64,000 nucleotides of DNA. It comes from Candidatus Nanoarchaeia archaeon (GTDB taxonomy: Archaea; Nanobdellota; Nanobdellia; CSSed11-243R1). The translations under genes were made by a program, and so were the position numbers. Position 1 is the first letter of the stretch. Each line of letters starts with the position of its first letter. The DNA is taken from positions 181,808 to 245,807 of the forward strand of contig JAQTNH010000001.1 in the NCBI GenBank assembly GCA_028713895.1. Reading direction: 5' to 3'. The notes under the pieces are model-generated. The model was given only the letters and a program-made list of their open reading frames with translations. It was not told the origin of the DNA and did no database searches. Positions 27,671 to 37,420 of this stretch are shown here, one piece after another.

Positions 27671-28522
27671 ATGAACCAGCATGAAAAAGACGTGGAAAAT
27701 TTCTATTCAAAAGGCGCGCGCAGGGTTGTGAAGGAAGGCGAGAATTTCAAGCATTTCTCTGAGGGGTTTATCTCATTCGGATACTGGGAGCCTGGGGACA
27801 CTTATGTTGACGCTGCAAAGCGCCTGCTCAGGTTCTTCATTGACAACAGCGGAATAAAAAAGGCAGGCAGGATTTTGAATGTCGCATGCGGATACGGGGC
27901 TGAGTCATTCGCGTACTTCAAGAAGTTCAGGCCAGGCGAGCTGATTGGGATAGACATAACCCAGGCGCATGTTGATTACGCAAACTGGAAAGCAAAAGAG
28001 CTTGGTGTTGCGAAAAAAGTAAAGTTCGTTCATGGCGATGCGGTTGCGCTGGATTTCCCTGACGCAAGCTTCTCGCACATACTCGGGATAGAAGGGCCTG
28101 CGCATTTCAACACGCGCGAAAAATTCTTCAAGTCAGCAGGGCGGGTGCTTAAAAAGAAGGGGGAACTTCTGCTCACTGACATAATTTTGGGAGAAAAATT
28201 CAGAAAATGGAACCCAGTCCACCAGATTGTTCTAAGGGCAGGAGCAAAAGGATGGGTTGTTCCAATCATAAACGGCATCAAGGAAAAGGAATACGTGAAG
28301 CAGCTTGAAGGCGCGGGATTTGAAATTGTTTTTTTGAAGCGCATCGGCGACAAAGTGTTCCCTGGCTATGCAGGGCATTTTACAGAAGAAAAAAGAAAAG
28401 AGAACAGGAAGCGAATGAGCTTCTTTGCAGAACTGGGGCTTACAAAAATAGGAAGGATGCTCGGATACCTTTACAGGAAAGGGTTCATCGAGTACATCTA
28501 TGTAAAGGCGCGGAAGAAATAA
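27671..28522 (+). CDS. Class I SAM-dependent methyltransferase, RebM-like, paralog 2
   Basis: About 80% amino-acid identity to 8913..9782. An ~80-nt DNA stretch is near-identical (28049..28130 versus 9310..9390). The start MNQHEK aligns with paralog 1. The alternative start is 27647. Confidence 0.75.
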   Translation: MNQHEKDVENFYSKGARRVVKEGENFKHFSEGFISFGYWEPGDTYVDAAKRLLRFFIDNSGIKKAGRILNVACGYGAESFAYFKKFRPGELIGIDITQAHVDYANWKAKELGVAKKVKFVHGDAVALDFPDASFSHILGIEGPAHFNTREKFFKSAGRVLKKKGELLLTDIILGEKFRKWNPVHQIVLRAGAKGWVVPIINGIKEKEYVKQLEGAGFEIVFLKRIGDKVFPGYAGHFTEEKRKENRKRMSFFAELGLTKIGRMLGYLYRKGFIEYIYVKARKK

Positions 28523-28579
28523 GTTTTTAAACAGACAAATATTGTAATTTTTCGGTGGGGTTCTTAGAAAGGTGAAATC

Positions 28580-28975
28580 ATGCATGACAACATATTTTTA
28601 GACTTGATGGCAGGAGACAGCGAACTGCTGCTTGTTATAAACAGCCAGGACGAGAAGCTAAAGAAGAAGGATGATTTTCTTGGAGAGATATTCGAACGAA
28701 AGGACGGCATGTGCTCGTACATGCAGGTGGCAAGCCTTGCCTCTGTGCTGTATCCTGACGGAACAAGACTGGACAGCACTTTCAAAGAAAACAGCAAAAA
28801 CTATATTTTTAAGATAATTGACAAAAAAAGAATTGAGGGCAGGAACCCTGTCATCAGCGGAAAAGCCTATGCGTATGAGCTAAAGTCTAATTCATTTTCT
28901 GAAATAGGGGAAGACGTAATAGTGCGGATAAAAAATGTGCTTGGCTACAAGGTGCCTGCGACACTCAAGTCCTGA
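28580..28975 (+). CDS. Hypothetical protein (131 aa)
   Basis: Preceded by the GGTGGGGTTCT leader motif and an AGGTGA Shine-Dalgarno site. Confidence 0.5.
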   Translation: MHDNIFLDLMAGDSELLLVINSQDEKLKKKDDFLGEIFERKDGMCSYMQVASLASVLYPDGTRLDSTFKENSKNYIFKIIDKKRIEGRNPVISGKAYAYELKSNSFSEIGEDVIVRIKNVLGYKVPATLKS

Positions 28976-28977
28976 AA

Positions 28978-31518
28978 TTATACCATATCTTTCTGTAAGT
29001 ACTTATAATATAGGTGCTTTGCCAACTCAGTTACTGCAAAATATGCCAGCAGGATTGCTGCAATTGCTGCGAGAAGCCCCAGCGGAAGCGGCACGAACTT
29101 GAACAGCTGCCCTATCCGGGAGAACTGGACAATGAAAAGCGTGACTGCTATTGTTGCAAGCGAAACCAAAATCAGGGGCTTGCTTGGCAGCTTGCTTGCG
29201 AAGAAAGGCTTTCTGCTGCGCACTGCAAACACAATGATTATCTCTGAGAGCCCGCTCTCGAGGAACCATGCTGTGCGGAACATGTCAGCGCCTGCATTAA
29301 CCACAAACAGCAGGACAAAAATTGTCACGAAATCAAACACCGAGCTGATTGCGCCGAGAAATGCGCTGAGCTTTACAATGTGCGAAAGATTCCAGCGGCG
29401 AGGCTTCTTCAGCTCAGAATCGTCAACAGTGTCGGTTGCAACAGCCATCATCGGGGTGTCTGACAAAGCATTGTTCAGAAGAATCTGTGTGGGAAGGAGC
29501 GGAAAAAATGAAAGGAACGGCGAAATTATCCCGAGAGTGCCCATGTTCCCGAAGTTCGCGCTGATTGTGTTGACAATGTATTTCACAATGTTGCTGAAAA
29601 TAATCCTGCCCTCGCGGACTCCTGTGAGAACAACATCCAGGCCTTTGCGAAGCAGGACAATGTCAGCAGCGTCCTTTGCAACATCAACCCCGCTGTCAAC
29701 TGAGATGCCGACATCAGCCTCCTTGAGTGCAGGCGCGTCATTTGCGCCGTCGCCAAGATATGCAACAATGTGCCCGCTCTCGCGGAGCGCCTTTATTATC
29801 CTGTATTTGTGCTCGGGGTTTATCCGCGCAAAAATAACAGTCTCGTCAGCAATGTTTTTCAGCTCCTGCTCGCTCATTTTTTCAATCTGCTCGCCAGCCA
29901 GAACGCGGGTCGCATCAACCTCCAGACCAACCTGCCTTGCAATCGCGATTGTTGTGTGGGGCTCGTCTCCGGTGAGAATCTTGATTTTCATCCCAAGATG
30001 TTTTGCGTGCTCAAGGTATTCTTTTGCTGATTTTTTCGGGGGGTCCATAAAAACAAGGAACCCGACAAAAGCCATTGCATTCTCGTCGCTCTTGCTTATC
30101 CGCGCCTTTGCTGTTTCTTTTACTGCAACTCCAATCACGCGATAGCCCTGATTTCCGAGCACCTGGTTTTTTTCAAGTATTGCAGACGCGAACTTTTTAA
30201 TCGGGACAGTGAATTTTCCAACTTTTATGTGCGTGCATGCTTTCAGCACGCTCTCCACTGCGCCTTTTGTTATAATTAGACGCTTATTGTCTGACTGGAC
30301 AAGCACGGACATCATGCGCCTGCGGTAGTCAAAAGGCGCATCAGCAAGCTTTACAAAACCCTTTGCGGAAAAGTTGTTTGTCTTTGCATACTGCCGGATT
30401 GCAACATCAATGGGATTGCCTTTCAGCTCAACAGCTGAATTGCAGACAAGCCCGTACTCAACAAGCCCAGGCACAGTTTTCCCGTTGATATCAATGAAGC
30501 TCTCAAGAGTAATCCTGTTCTCGGTGAGCGTGCCTGTCTTGTCAGTGCAGAGAATGTCAACGTTTCCCAAATCCTCGATTGAAACAAGCTTCTTTACAAC
30601 AACATTTTTCTTTGCAAGAACAGCTGCGCCGAATGAAAGAGAGATTGTGATTATAATAGGCAGGGACTCTGGGATTATCCCCACTGCCAGGGCAACAGCG
30701 AAAAGGAAGGAATCCATCCACTGCTTGCCAAGAAAAGCATTGACAAAGAAAATCAGGATTACGACAGTAACAATTATGTTTGTGAGGGTTTTTCCGAATT
30801 TGCGGATGTTTTTCTGGAAATCGCTTTCTGACTCAACCTCGCGCATGAGAGCCGCTGTTTTTCCTAACTCAGTTGAATTGCCAGTGCCAACCACCACCCC
30901 GGTTGCCTCACCTTCTGAAACAATAGTCCCCATGAATGCAAGGTTTGAAAGCTCCTGCACCAGAGGTTTTTCTTTTTCCAGAAGTTTTGCGTTCTTTATT
31001 GCAGGATAAGGCTCTCCGGTAAGAAGGGATTCGTCCACAGAAAGATTGTTTGCAGCCAAAAGGCGGATATCAGCCGGAATCTTGTCCCCGTTTTCAATAA
31101 AGACAATATCCCCCGGAACCAGCTCGTTTGCATTAACCTCAATCTCCCTGCTGTCGCGGAGAACTTTTGCGTGATAGGAGATGTACTGCTTGAGCTTCTC
31201 GACTGTTTGCGCAGACTTGTATTCCTGGTAAAACCCCATCAGGCCGTTTATCAGGACAATTATAAGGATAATCAGGGAATCCATGGCTGATGCGACAAAC
31301 AATGAGAGAAGCGCTGCAACAATAAGCACCAGAATCAGGGGGCTGGTGAACTGGGAAATAAGGATATTCAGCCAGGTACGCGCTGCTTTGGAAATCTCAT
31401 TTTTCCCGTATTTGGACAGCCTGTTCTTGGCTTCTGCCGTGCTCAACCCTGACATGGATGTGTCCAGCCTGCTGAGAAGCGTCTCACCAGGAAGCTGCCA
31501 GTAAATGTTGTTTTCCAC
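28978..31518 (-). CDS. P2-type cation-transporting P-type ATPase (Ca2+/Mg2+-like)
   Basis: DKTGTLT phosphorylation site, TGDEP... and GDGANDAPALKEADVGISV hinge, PESLP in TM4, about 10 TM helices, 846 aa. Confidence 0.9.
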   Translation of the reverse strand: MENNIYWQLPGETLLSRLDTSMSGLSTAEAKNRLSKYGKNEISKAARTWLNILISQFTSPLILVLIVAALLSLFVASAMDSLIILIIVLINGLMGFYQEYKSAQTVEKLKQYISYHAKVLRDSREIEVNANELVPGDIVFIENGDKIPADIRLLAANNLSVDESLLTGEPYPAIKNAKLLEKEKPLVQELSNLAFMGTIVSEGEATGVVVGTGNSTELGKTAALMREVESESDFQKNIRKFGKTLTNIIVTVVILIFFVNAFLGKQWMDSFLFAVALAVGIIPESLPIIITISLSFGAAVLAKKNVVVKKLVSIEDLGNVDILCTDKTGTLTENRITLESFIDINGKTVPGLVEYGLVCNSAVELKGNPIDVAIRQYAKTNNFSAKGFVKLADAPFDYRRRMMSVLVQSDNKRLIITKGAVESVLKACTHIKVGKFTVPIKKFASAILEKNQVLGNQGYRVIGVAVKETAKARISKSDENAMAFVGFLVFMDPPKKSAKEYLEHAKHLGMKIKILTGDEPHTTIAIARQVGLEVDATRVLAGEQIEKMSEQELKNIADETVIFARINPEHKYRIIKALRESGHIVAYLGDGANDAPALKEADVGISVDSGVDVAKDAADIVLLRKGLDVVLTGVREGRIIFSNIVKYIVNTISANFGNMGTLGIISPFLSFFPLLPTQILLNNALSDTPMMAVATDTVDDSELKKPRRWNLSHIVKLSAFLGAISSVFDFVTIFVLLFVVNAGADMFRTAWFLESGLSEIIIVFAVRSRKPFFASKLPSKPLILVSLATIAVTLFIVQFSRIGQLFKFVPLPLGLLAAIAAILLAYFAVTELAKHLYYKYLQKDMV

Positions 31519-31598
31519 GAGGAATATGACGCAACAATAAGTTTTATAAATTGCCTTTTAGGGGATTATTATTGGTGGGGTTCTGATGGTGGTTAAAA

Positions 31599-31736
31599 AT
31601 GGATGGCAAATTAAGGCTATTGCTTGTCGCAGCGCTGGTTGCGGCGGGGATAACAGCGGCAATCGCGCTTCCAGGCTGGTGGAAAGCGCTCGGAATCGCA
31701 CCCATAGTTGCAGGGCTTGTCTTTGCAAAGATGTGA
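31599..31736 (+). CDS. 45-aa hydrophobic micro-protein (MDGKLRLLLVAALVAAGITAAIALPGWWKALGIAPIVAGLVFAKM)
   Basis: Downstream of a GGTGGGGTTCT motif (31574..31584). Below the ORF-track size cut-off. Confidence 0.35.
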   Translation: MDGKLRLLLVAALVAAGITAAIALPGWWKALGIAPIVAGLVFAKM

Positions 31737-31821
31737 ACCTATAGCTTTAAAAAGGGAAGTATTCTCGATATTTTATACAGGAAATCAAAATTCCTGGAAT
31801 AAAATAAACGGAGAATGAAAA

Positions 31822-31986
31822 ATGGGATACGGAGACAATAGGAACTTCGGCGAACCACGCGAAATGCACAAAGCAGTTTGCGCGGATTGCAAAAAAGAAT
31901 GCGAAGTACCTTTTAAACCAGCAGCAGACAAACCAGTCTATTGCAGGGAATGCTACGCAAAACACAGACCACCACGAAGATTCTAG
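31822..31986 (+). CDS. 54-aa zinc-ribbon protein (CADC...CRECY)
   Basis: MGYGDNRNFGEPREMHKAVCADCKKECEVPFKPAADKPVYCRECYAKHRPPRRF. Shine-Dalgarno-like GGAGAATGAAAAATG is upstream. Not in the ORF track. Confidence 0.45.
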   Translation: MGYGDNRNFGEPREMHKAVCADCKKECEVPFKPAADKPVYCRECYAKHRPPRRF

Positions 31987-32122
31987 TTTTAGAGAATTCG
32001 TAAGGACTAATAGCGTAAAACTGTTTTTTTGTGGCTGCGGCTGTGATGGTCGCGGTTGTTTTTTATTTTTAAATGGAGCTTAGGGAGAAAACTAAATAAG
32101 CACGGACTTTTTCTGAAAAATC

Positions 32123-32410
32123 ATGGAAGACAAGGTAAACCAGAAGGAATTCAGGTGGGTACGCCCAAACGTTGTGACGTACAAAATACTTACAGGGCCT
32201 GACAGGCACTTTATAGCATTCAGGGTGGACGGCAAACAGGAAGTCGCGCTCTCAAAAGAGAAGACAATCGAAGCGCTGGCTTTGAAGCTCTTTACGCCGG
32301 GACAGACAACTGAAGTCATAACAGGCGAGAAACGCGGCTTTGAGAAAGTCAGCCAGAACGACTTGCTTGCCCTGAAACTTAAGCTGAAGAACCTGCTTGT
32401 CAATGCCTGA
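32123..32410 (+). CDS. Hypothetical protein (95 aa)
   Basis: ORF with a balanced composition. Confidence 0.4.
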   Translation: MEDKVNQKEFRWVRPNVVTYKILTGPDRHFIAFRVDGKQEVALSKEKTIEALALKLFTPGQTTEVITGEKRGFEKVSQNDLLALKLKLKNLLVNA

Positions 32411-32451
32411 TTTCTCAGATTCGTGAACAAACTGATTTAGTCTTAGAACTA

Positions 32452-33213
32452 TCAGTCCTCGCCTTCGGCTTCTGCTTTTGATGCGCGGCGGCGAAGCCTG
32501 AGTTTTTTGAAAAGCCAGAATCCTGCAAACATTGTGAAAGCGCCGATTACGGTTATTACTGCAAGAATTACAAATGCTGTAAAGCTGCCGTTGACAAGGA
32601 AGTGCCCGATATTTGTGTAAATGAGAACCTTTGGAATTGTCGCGATCAGGGTGACAACAAGATATTTCCAGAACGACATTTTTGTGAGCCCTGCGCTGTA
32701 GCTGATTACGTCAAAGGTTGCAATGGGCAGAATCCTTATGATTGCGAAGACAAGGATTCCCTTGTGCTCGCTGAAGAACCTGTCTGCTTTTTCCAGCTGC
32801 TTCGGGCTGACAAGCTTCTCGACAATCGGCCTTCCGAAGAAACGCGAAATGTAAAAAGGGAATACTGAGCCAAGCACTGTGCCAAAAATTGCGAGCAGAG
32901 AGCCCCAGAGCGGGCCATAAAGCGAGCCCGCTGCTATTGTGACAATCTGCCCTGGAATCGGAGCAAGTATTGACTCAAGTATGAAAATTATCACGATGAT
33001 GACCGGAGCCAGCATCCCGAAGCTCTTTACAAACTCAGTGATAAGTTCAGGATTGATGTCCGCAAGAAAGGACGCTATTTTCTGGTAATTGTTATTGTAG
33101 CCAACCCACAATGCTGCGAAGTTGAGCAGAACCAGAAAAGCGATTACAAGCAGCCAGGCGTTCTGCGCAAACCAGCTGCGCGATGTTTTTTCCATACCAA
33201 AAATAAACTGCAC
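32452..33213 (-). CDS. DedA/TVP38/SNARE-associated family membrane protein
   Basis: The motifs LAPIPGQIVTIAAGSLYG and the VISYSAGLT pattern are typical of DedA. Confidence 0.75.
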   Translation of the reverse strand: MQFIFGMEKTSRSWFAQNAWLLVIAFLVLLNFAALWVGYNNNYQKIASFLADINPELITEFVKSFGMLAPVIIVIIFILESILAPIPGQIVTIAAGSLYGPLWGSLLAIFGTVLGSVFPFYISRFFGRPIVEKLVSPKQLEKADRFFSEHKGILVFAIIRILPIATFDVISYSAGLTKMSFWKYLVVTLIATIPKVLIYTNIGHFLVNGSFTAFVILAVITVIGAFTMFAGFWLFKKLRLRRRASKAEAEGED

Positions 33214-33273
33214 ATTCTTAAATAGGTTTACTGGGGGATTAATTTAAATAGTTTAAGCTGCTTACAGGATATC

Positions 33274-33927
33274 ATGGCTAAAAAAGTTCGCGTAGAACTT
33301 AAATGGGTTGTAATGACAGCAACGCTGTCCCTGATAGCCCTTATTGCATTGCTAAAATACAACACAGGATACTTCAAGGACCTTATTTTTACAGGAGCCA
33401 TTGTTACGATACTGTTCCTGCTGTATGAAAGATTAAGAATGACTCCGGAGACTTACGCAGCAGTATGCCTGGCAATAATAGTCCACAATCTCGGAGCGTT
33501 TGGTTTTTACGGCAACAACCCGATACTGCCGAGCATACCTTACGATGTAATAACCCATGTCATGGGCATTTTTGCGGCAACACTTATTGCCGCGAATTTT
33601 TTGTCGCATTATCTGAAAGTACGCAAAGATTTTGTCGCCAAAGATATTATCCTGCTGTGCGTGATTTTTCTTGTGGGACTTGGCATAGGCTCGGTGGTTG
33701 AAACCATGGAGTTCACAGGATACCTGATGTGGGGCGCAGGCGAAGGGTTTTTCCAGTTCGGAACAGGAGATTATAACGGGATAAGCGACTGCGGAAAATT
33801 AACTGACATTGTCGGCGGAGGATATTTTGACACCATGGAAGACCTGATTGCCAACATGTTTGGCGCTGCCGCAGCTGTTATCCTGATGGGAATAAACTTT
33901 TTTGTCTTAAAAAGAGAGCTCGTCTGA
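33274..33927 (+). CDS. Polytopic membrane protein (about 6 TM)
   Basis: 217-aa hydrophobic ORF. Confidence 0.5.
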   Translation: MAKKVRVELKWVVMTATLSLIALIALLKYNTGYFKDLIFTGAIVTILFLLYERLRMTPETYAAVCLAIIVHNLGAFGFYGNNPILPSIPYDVITHVMGIFAATLIAANFLSHYLKVRKDFVAKDIILLCVIFLVGLGIGSVVETMEFTGYLMWGAGEGFFQFGTGDYNGISDCGKLTDIVGGGYFDTMEDLIANMFGAAAAVILMGINFFVLKRELV

Positions 33928-34149
33928 TGGCTGTTGTGCGGTTTTAGCAGCCTGCCTTTGTTCCCTGATTTTTTTCATGAATTCCCTGCGCTTGTTTTTC
34001 ATCTTTGCTTTTGCTATCTGCATCCTTTCCCTGACTTCAGGACGGTTGAGATAAATTTTCCGCTGGGCTTTCATGCGCGCGTAAATCGCTTTCCTGCGCT
34101 CTTTCATTATCGCTTTCCAGTCTTTTTTTGGCTCGGTTTCGTTTTCCAT
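33907..34149 (-). CDS. Small, highly basic Lys/Arg-rich protein (80 aa)
   Basis: Start MENETEPKK chosen. The longer ORF-track N-terminus has odd composition and overlaps the convergent gene. Confidence 0.35.
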   Translation of the reverse strand: MENETEPKKDWKAIMKERRKAIYARMKAQRKIYLNRPEVRERMQIAKAKMKNKRREFMKKIREQRQAAKTAQQPSDELSF

Positions 34150-34210
34150 TGCACAAGTTAGGAGATTCTGCGGAAGTATATGCTTTTTGGAAGCCTGCAG
34201 GGGAAAACAT

Positions 34211-34217
34211 TTAAAAA
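34211..34217 (+). promoter_or_regulatory. TATA box of the ORFan operon
   Basis: TTTAAAAA lies 29 nt upstream of the GGTGGGGTTCT leader. Confidence 0.45.
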
Positions 34218-34223
34218 CACATG

Positions 34224-34237
34224 TATACTGCAGGATA
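34224..34237 (+). promoter_or_regulatory. Palindromic operator-like box TATACTGCAGGATA (copy 1 of 4)
   Basis: Imperfect palindrome centred on CTGCAG, sitting between the TATA box and the leader motif. The same box occurs at 38383, 42921 and 43788. Confidence 0.5.
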
Positions 34238-34239
34238 CA

Positions 34240-34250
34240 GGTGGGGTTCT
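34240..34250 (+). promoter_or_regulatory. GGTGGGGTTCT leader motif
   Basis: Invariant 11-mer, 10-23 nt upstream of start codons at 8 loci. Confidence 0.55.
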
Positions 34251-34260
34251 GGGGCAAGTT

Positions 34261-34524
34261 ATGGCTAGTGAAGTGTATAAAAAAGTTATTGATATAATGA
34301 CACAAAGTGGGGTAAATCCTCTCAAAGCAATTTATGAGTTGCAGACTTATTGTGAAGAATCGAAAATATCTACGGAGGATTTTGATTATGGACACATCAA
34401 AGAATATAGGTTACACTTTTCAGAACCCGAACACGTAAAGAATTTGGAAAATAAAGTGGGTGCTCTTGCTGTCAAAAAAATTATGAGACGCCTTGAAAAG
34501 GTTGTTGAGGCAATAGAAAAATAA
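34261..34524 (+). CDS. ORFan operon gene 1 (87 aa)
   Basis: Start MASEVYKK, 10 nt after the leader motif. Confidence 0.5.
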   Translation: MASEVYKKVIDIMTQSGVNPLKAIYELQTYCEESKISTEDFDYGHIKEYRLHFSEPEHVKNLENKVGALAVKKIMRRLEKVVEAIEK

Positions 34525-34533
34525 AGGCATATT

Positions 34534-35103
34534 TTGGGTTTTAAGAGAGTAATGAGGCTAAGGATGGATGAACTGATAAAAATTCTGGACAAGGTGGGGA
34601 TTTGCCAGTGCGATAATTTGGACAAAGAACAGAAGGCTGTAGCAAAGGCAGTCAGTTTATACCTGAACAATAAACCCTGTTTGTACAGTGATGTTCTTGC
34701 CTGTGCATTGAGATTTATAGAACACAGGGGGCAGAAGGTTGCAACATGTGAAAGATATGCATTTCATCTGGAAGACGTTTCAAGTCAGCCATCAAATCCG
34801 TGTTTTGAACAAGAAGGAGTTTATTCGTCCAGCCTGCAGGATATGTTAGACAAAATAGTAAACGAAAGGGATGCGCCAGAATGTGCTGATTTTGACTACA
34901 CTATCAGGAGCAAAGAACCTGTAAAAAAGCCTGGTGCAGATGGATACCTGGACAAAATAAAGCCAATCACAGCCGCAAGCATGTTTTTTTACAAAGACAG
35001 AATACAGTTTTATAAATATCTCAAAAAATGCCTGAAAAATCCTGCCAAGATAACATATCAGGTTGATTTAGAAATGGCAGGGCCGTTGGTGCAGAACAGA
35101 TGA
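34534..35103 (+). CDS. ORFan operon gene 2 (189 aa, several Cys)
   Basis: Same strand, 9-nt gap. Confidence 0.5.
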   Translation: MGFKRVMRLRMDELIKILDKVGICQCDNLDKEQKAVAKAVSLYLNNKPCLYSDVLACALRFIEHRGQKVATCERYAFHLEDVSSQPSNPCFEQEGVYSSSLQDMLDKIVNERDAPECADFDYTIRSKEPVKKPGADGYLDKIKPITAASMFFYKDRIQFYKYLKKCLKNPAKITYQVDLEMAGPLVQNR

Positions 35104-35807
35104 ACCCAAATAAACTGTCAAACAATGACCTGAGATGGATTCATCAAAACCTGGGCAGAGTCCTTGAGGGATACGAAGCGTATATCGGCAATGGCATCGA
35201 GCTCAGGGCAGAAGGCCCTTTTGTACTGACTCCTGAAAAGCCGAACACTGCCAGAACCATTGTTACTGTATGGCAGGACGATGAAAAATTAGCAAAAATG
35301 TTTGCCATCCTGTTTAAGCACGGAGACGGAACAGGAGACGCAAACACCTACAAGCCAGGGCAGCTGATTGTGCCGTACTACTTACAATTTGAGAACAAGC
35401 CTGAAAGGATTTTTCCACGAAAAAAAGACTGTGAGGAAGAAATATTCCTGCCATTCTTCTCTGTAATCGGGGGAAAGACTTATGACAATATTGTTTCGCT
35501 GGAAGAGCTGACTGTTGACAGTGTTGAAAATCCAAAAACAATTGTCAGAGCCAAGACTCTGGGCAGTTCGGTAAAAGAATACGAAAATATGATATGCGGG
35601 GCGGATATTAAAAAACAACAGCCTTACCACCTGCGCACCACAGGATACAAGAACGGAGCAAGGTTCGGGGACCCGCACGCCATATATCAAAGGGACGACC
35701 TGGAATCAATACAGGTAGCAGGATTCATTTCGCTTGAAAAAGAAAATCCGCTCATCAGAATTTTCAGGGAGATACCTGCGCAGCCGTACAAAAAATGCTA
35801 TGTTTAA
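35100..35807 (+). CDS. ORFan operon gene 3 (235 aa)
   Basis: ATGA overlap with gene 2. Confidence 0.5.
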   Translation: MNPNKLSNNDLRWIHQNLGRVLEGYEAYIGNGIELRAEGPFVLTPEKPNTARTIVTVWQDDEKLAKMFAILFKHGDGTGDANTYKPGQLIVPYYLQFENKPERIFPRKKDCEEEIFLPFFSVIGGKTYDNIVSLEELTVDSVENPKTIVRAKTLGSSVKEYENMICGADIKKQQPYHLRTTGYKNGARFGDPHAIYQRDDLESIQVAGFISLEKENPLIRIFREIPAQPYKKCYV

Positions 35808-35819
35808 CGCTTTCGGACA

Positions 35820-36473
35820 ATGAAGAATATGACAAACAAATACCTTTTTTTTGCTGAAAAACTGGACGAGCTTTCAGAATTGTGTAATGACAAAGCCCTG
35901 GAAATGGGGGCGCGCAGCAAAAATCTTGCGCATATACTGTTAAGGGAACAGACGCCAGAATTTTACAGAATCTTTGTTGACATGGCACGTCTGGGATACA
36001 AGTACTCAATACCAAGCAGCACAGGTATTCTACTGAATTTTGTGGGCACAAAAGCCAAGGACAAAATTGTGACTCACATAAACCCCCAAAAAGCAATTCC
36101 CTGCGCTTTATTTTGCAAGAGCTTAGAATGGAGACACATGGACTATTTTCTTAAAAAATTAAAATGCACCCCATACGGACATGAAACAGAAATTTACTAT
36201 GTCGGGGGCCCAGAGATTATGGAAGCAATTGGTATTGCTGTTGAGAAAGGAGGGCCTTCATGCGAAGAGCGTTTTAATGACGGCCACAGGCTCTGCTTTG
36301 ATGCGAATAATATTTACAAGCTTAACAAACAAGACTTTGTGGGTTACCTTATGGATATGGTTACAGAAAAGGGGAAACACAATTATTTTGAATTAAGAAA
36401 CGCGGCTTTCCAGGCAGCAGGCACGAAAGAGCTCGGGATAGAGGCTGCGATAGAACTGATGATGGAAGGATAG
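35820..36473 (+). CDS. ORFan operon gene 4 (217 aa)
   Basis: 12-nt gap. Confidence 0.5.
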   Translation: MKNMTNKYLFFAEKLDELSELCNDKALEMGARSKNLAHILLREQTPEFYRIFVDMARLGYKYSIPSSTGILLNFVGTKAKDKIVTHINPQKAIPCALFCKSLEWRHMDYFLKKLKCTPYGHETEIYYVGGPEIMEAIGIAVEKGGPSCEERFNDGHRLCFDANNIYKLNKQDFVGYLMDMVTEKGKHNYFELRNAAFQAAGTKELGIEAAIELMMEG

Positions 36474-36476
36474 GAT

Positions 36477-36791
36477 GTGATTTTAGATATGGGCAAAAAG
36501 ACTGCGCCAGAATGCGTAGAAATTGACATGGCAAAAGGGAACCAAAAAGAGATAGCTGCGCGCATTGGCAAACATTCTGAAAACGGAACGCTTGAGGTAA
36601 GGCTGCTGTTCCCGGATGTCTGGAACGCAGACACATACTGCCTGAGCGGAAGGCTTCCAATTCTAGAGAAACCGCCTGTGCATCTGCTGCTGTACAGCCT
36701 GGCCAGCAATTACAACCAATTGTACTCATGTTCATACAAAAGTGGGGACAGCCATGCTGTGCTTGAGCCCCTTATGAAAAAAGAGCGTTGA
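36477..36791 (+). CDS. ORFan operon gene 5 (104 aa)
   Basis: 3-nt gap. Confidence 0.45.
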   Translation: MILDMGKKTAPECVEIDMAKGNQKEIAARIGKHSENGTLEVRLLFPDVWNADTYCLSGRLPILEKPPVHLLLYSLASNYNQLYSCSYKSGDSHAVLEPLMKKER

Positions 36792-36800
36792 ATTGCTGTT

Positions 36801-37346
36801 TTAATCTTCTGTCGTATCCCCGATACAGCTTATAATCTCTATGCTGCCCTCTGCAATGGAGTTCATGCCCAGTAAAGGGATAACTTTTATTGTTTTTTTA
36901 TTGATAACCTGAAGTGAATAATCCGCATAAGGAAATTCCAGATAACCGGCTTGTTCAGACAGTTCCAATGCTTTAGCAAAATTTGGAAGCTGTATTTTAT
37001 ACTCCTTTTCAGAATCTGTTAATTCTTCAAGGAAGGGGCGATAAAAAAGAGTAAAACCATAGCTTATTTTTGATTTATATCCATGTTCAACAATTTCAGC
37101 AGAATATACTTGTACATAATGGTCATGTACTTGGCTCTCTATCTCCTCACGAGAACCCTTAACACTAAGGATATGCAGTTTTGGCGTTTCTTCCATAAAA
37201 GGAGCAAAAAATTCCTTATTGGCTTTTAGGTATTCACTAAAATCTGGCTTGTAGCCTGGATATCTCTCTTTTATTTTTTCCCTTATTGCTTCAATCCTCT
37301 TTTTTATGAAGTCTTTTACAAAAGTAGTATTTGTCATATCTAACAT
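36801..37346 (-). CDS. Conserved hypothetical protein, paralog A of 39976..40509 (C-terminal ISCIGDTTED)
   Basis: About 70% identity to the paralog on the opposite strand 2.6 kb away. Confidence 0.55.
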   Translation of the reverse strand: MLDMTNTTFVKDFIKKRIEAIREKIKERYPGYKPDFSEYLKANKEFFAPFMEETPKLHILSVKGSREEIESQVHDHYVQVYSAEIVEHGYKSKISYGFTLFYRPFLEELTDSEKEYKIQLPNFAKALELSEQAGYLEFPYADYSLQVINKKTIKVIPLLGMNSIAEGSIEIISCIGDTTED

Positions 37347-37420
37347 ATTGGAATAACCATTAATAAACTTATTTCACTGAAGAGGGGTTAACAAGTCAGT
37401 TAAACTTCGCTGAATTGCTG

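Noticed and set aside
29099-30145. 348-aa plus-strand ORF
   Set aside because: It is antisense to the P-type ATPase gene, which has all canonical motifs.
31747-31965. 72-aa minus-strand ORF
   Set aside because: It overlaps the better-supported 54-aa zinc-ribbon gene on the plus strand.
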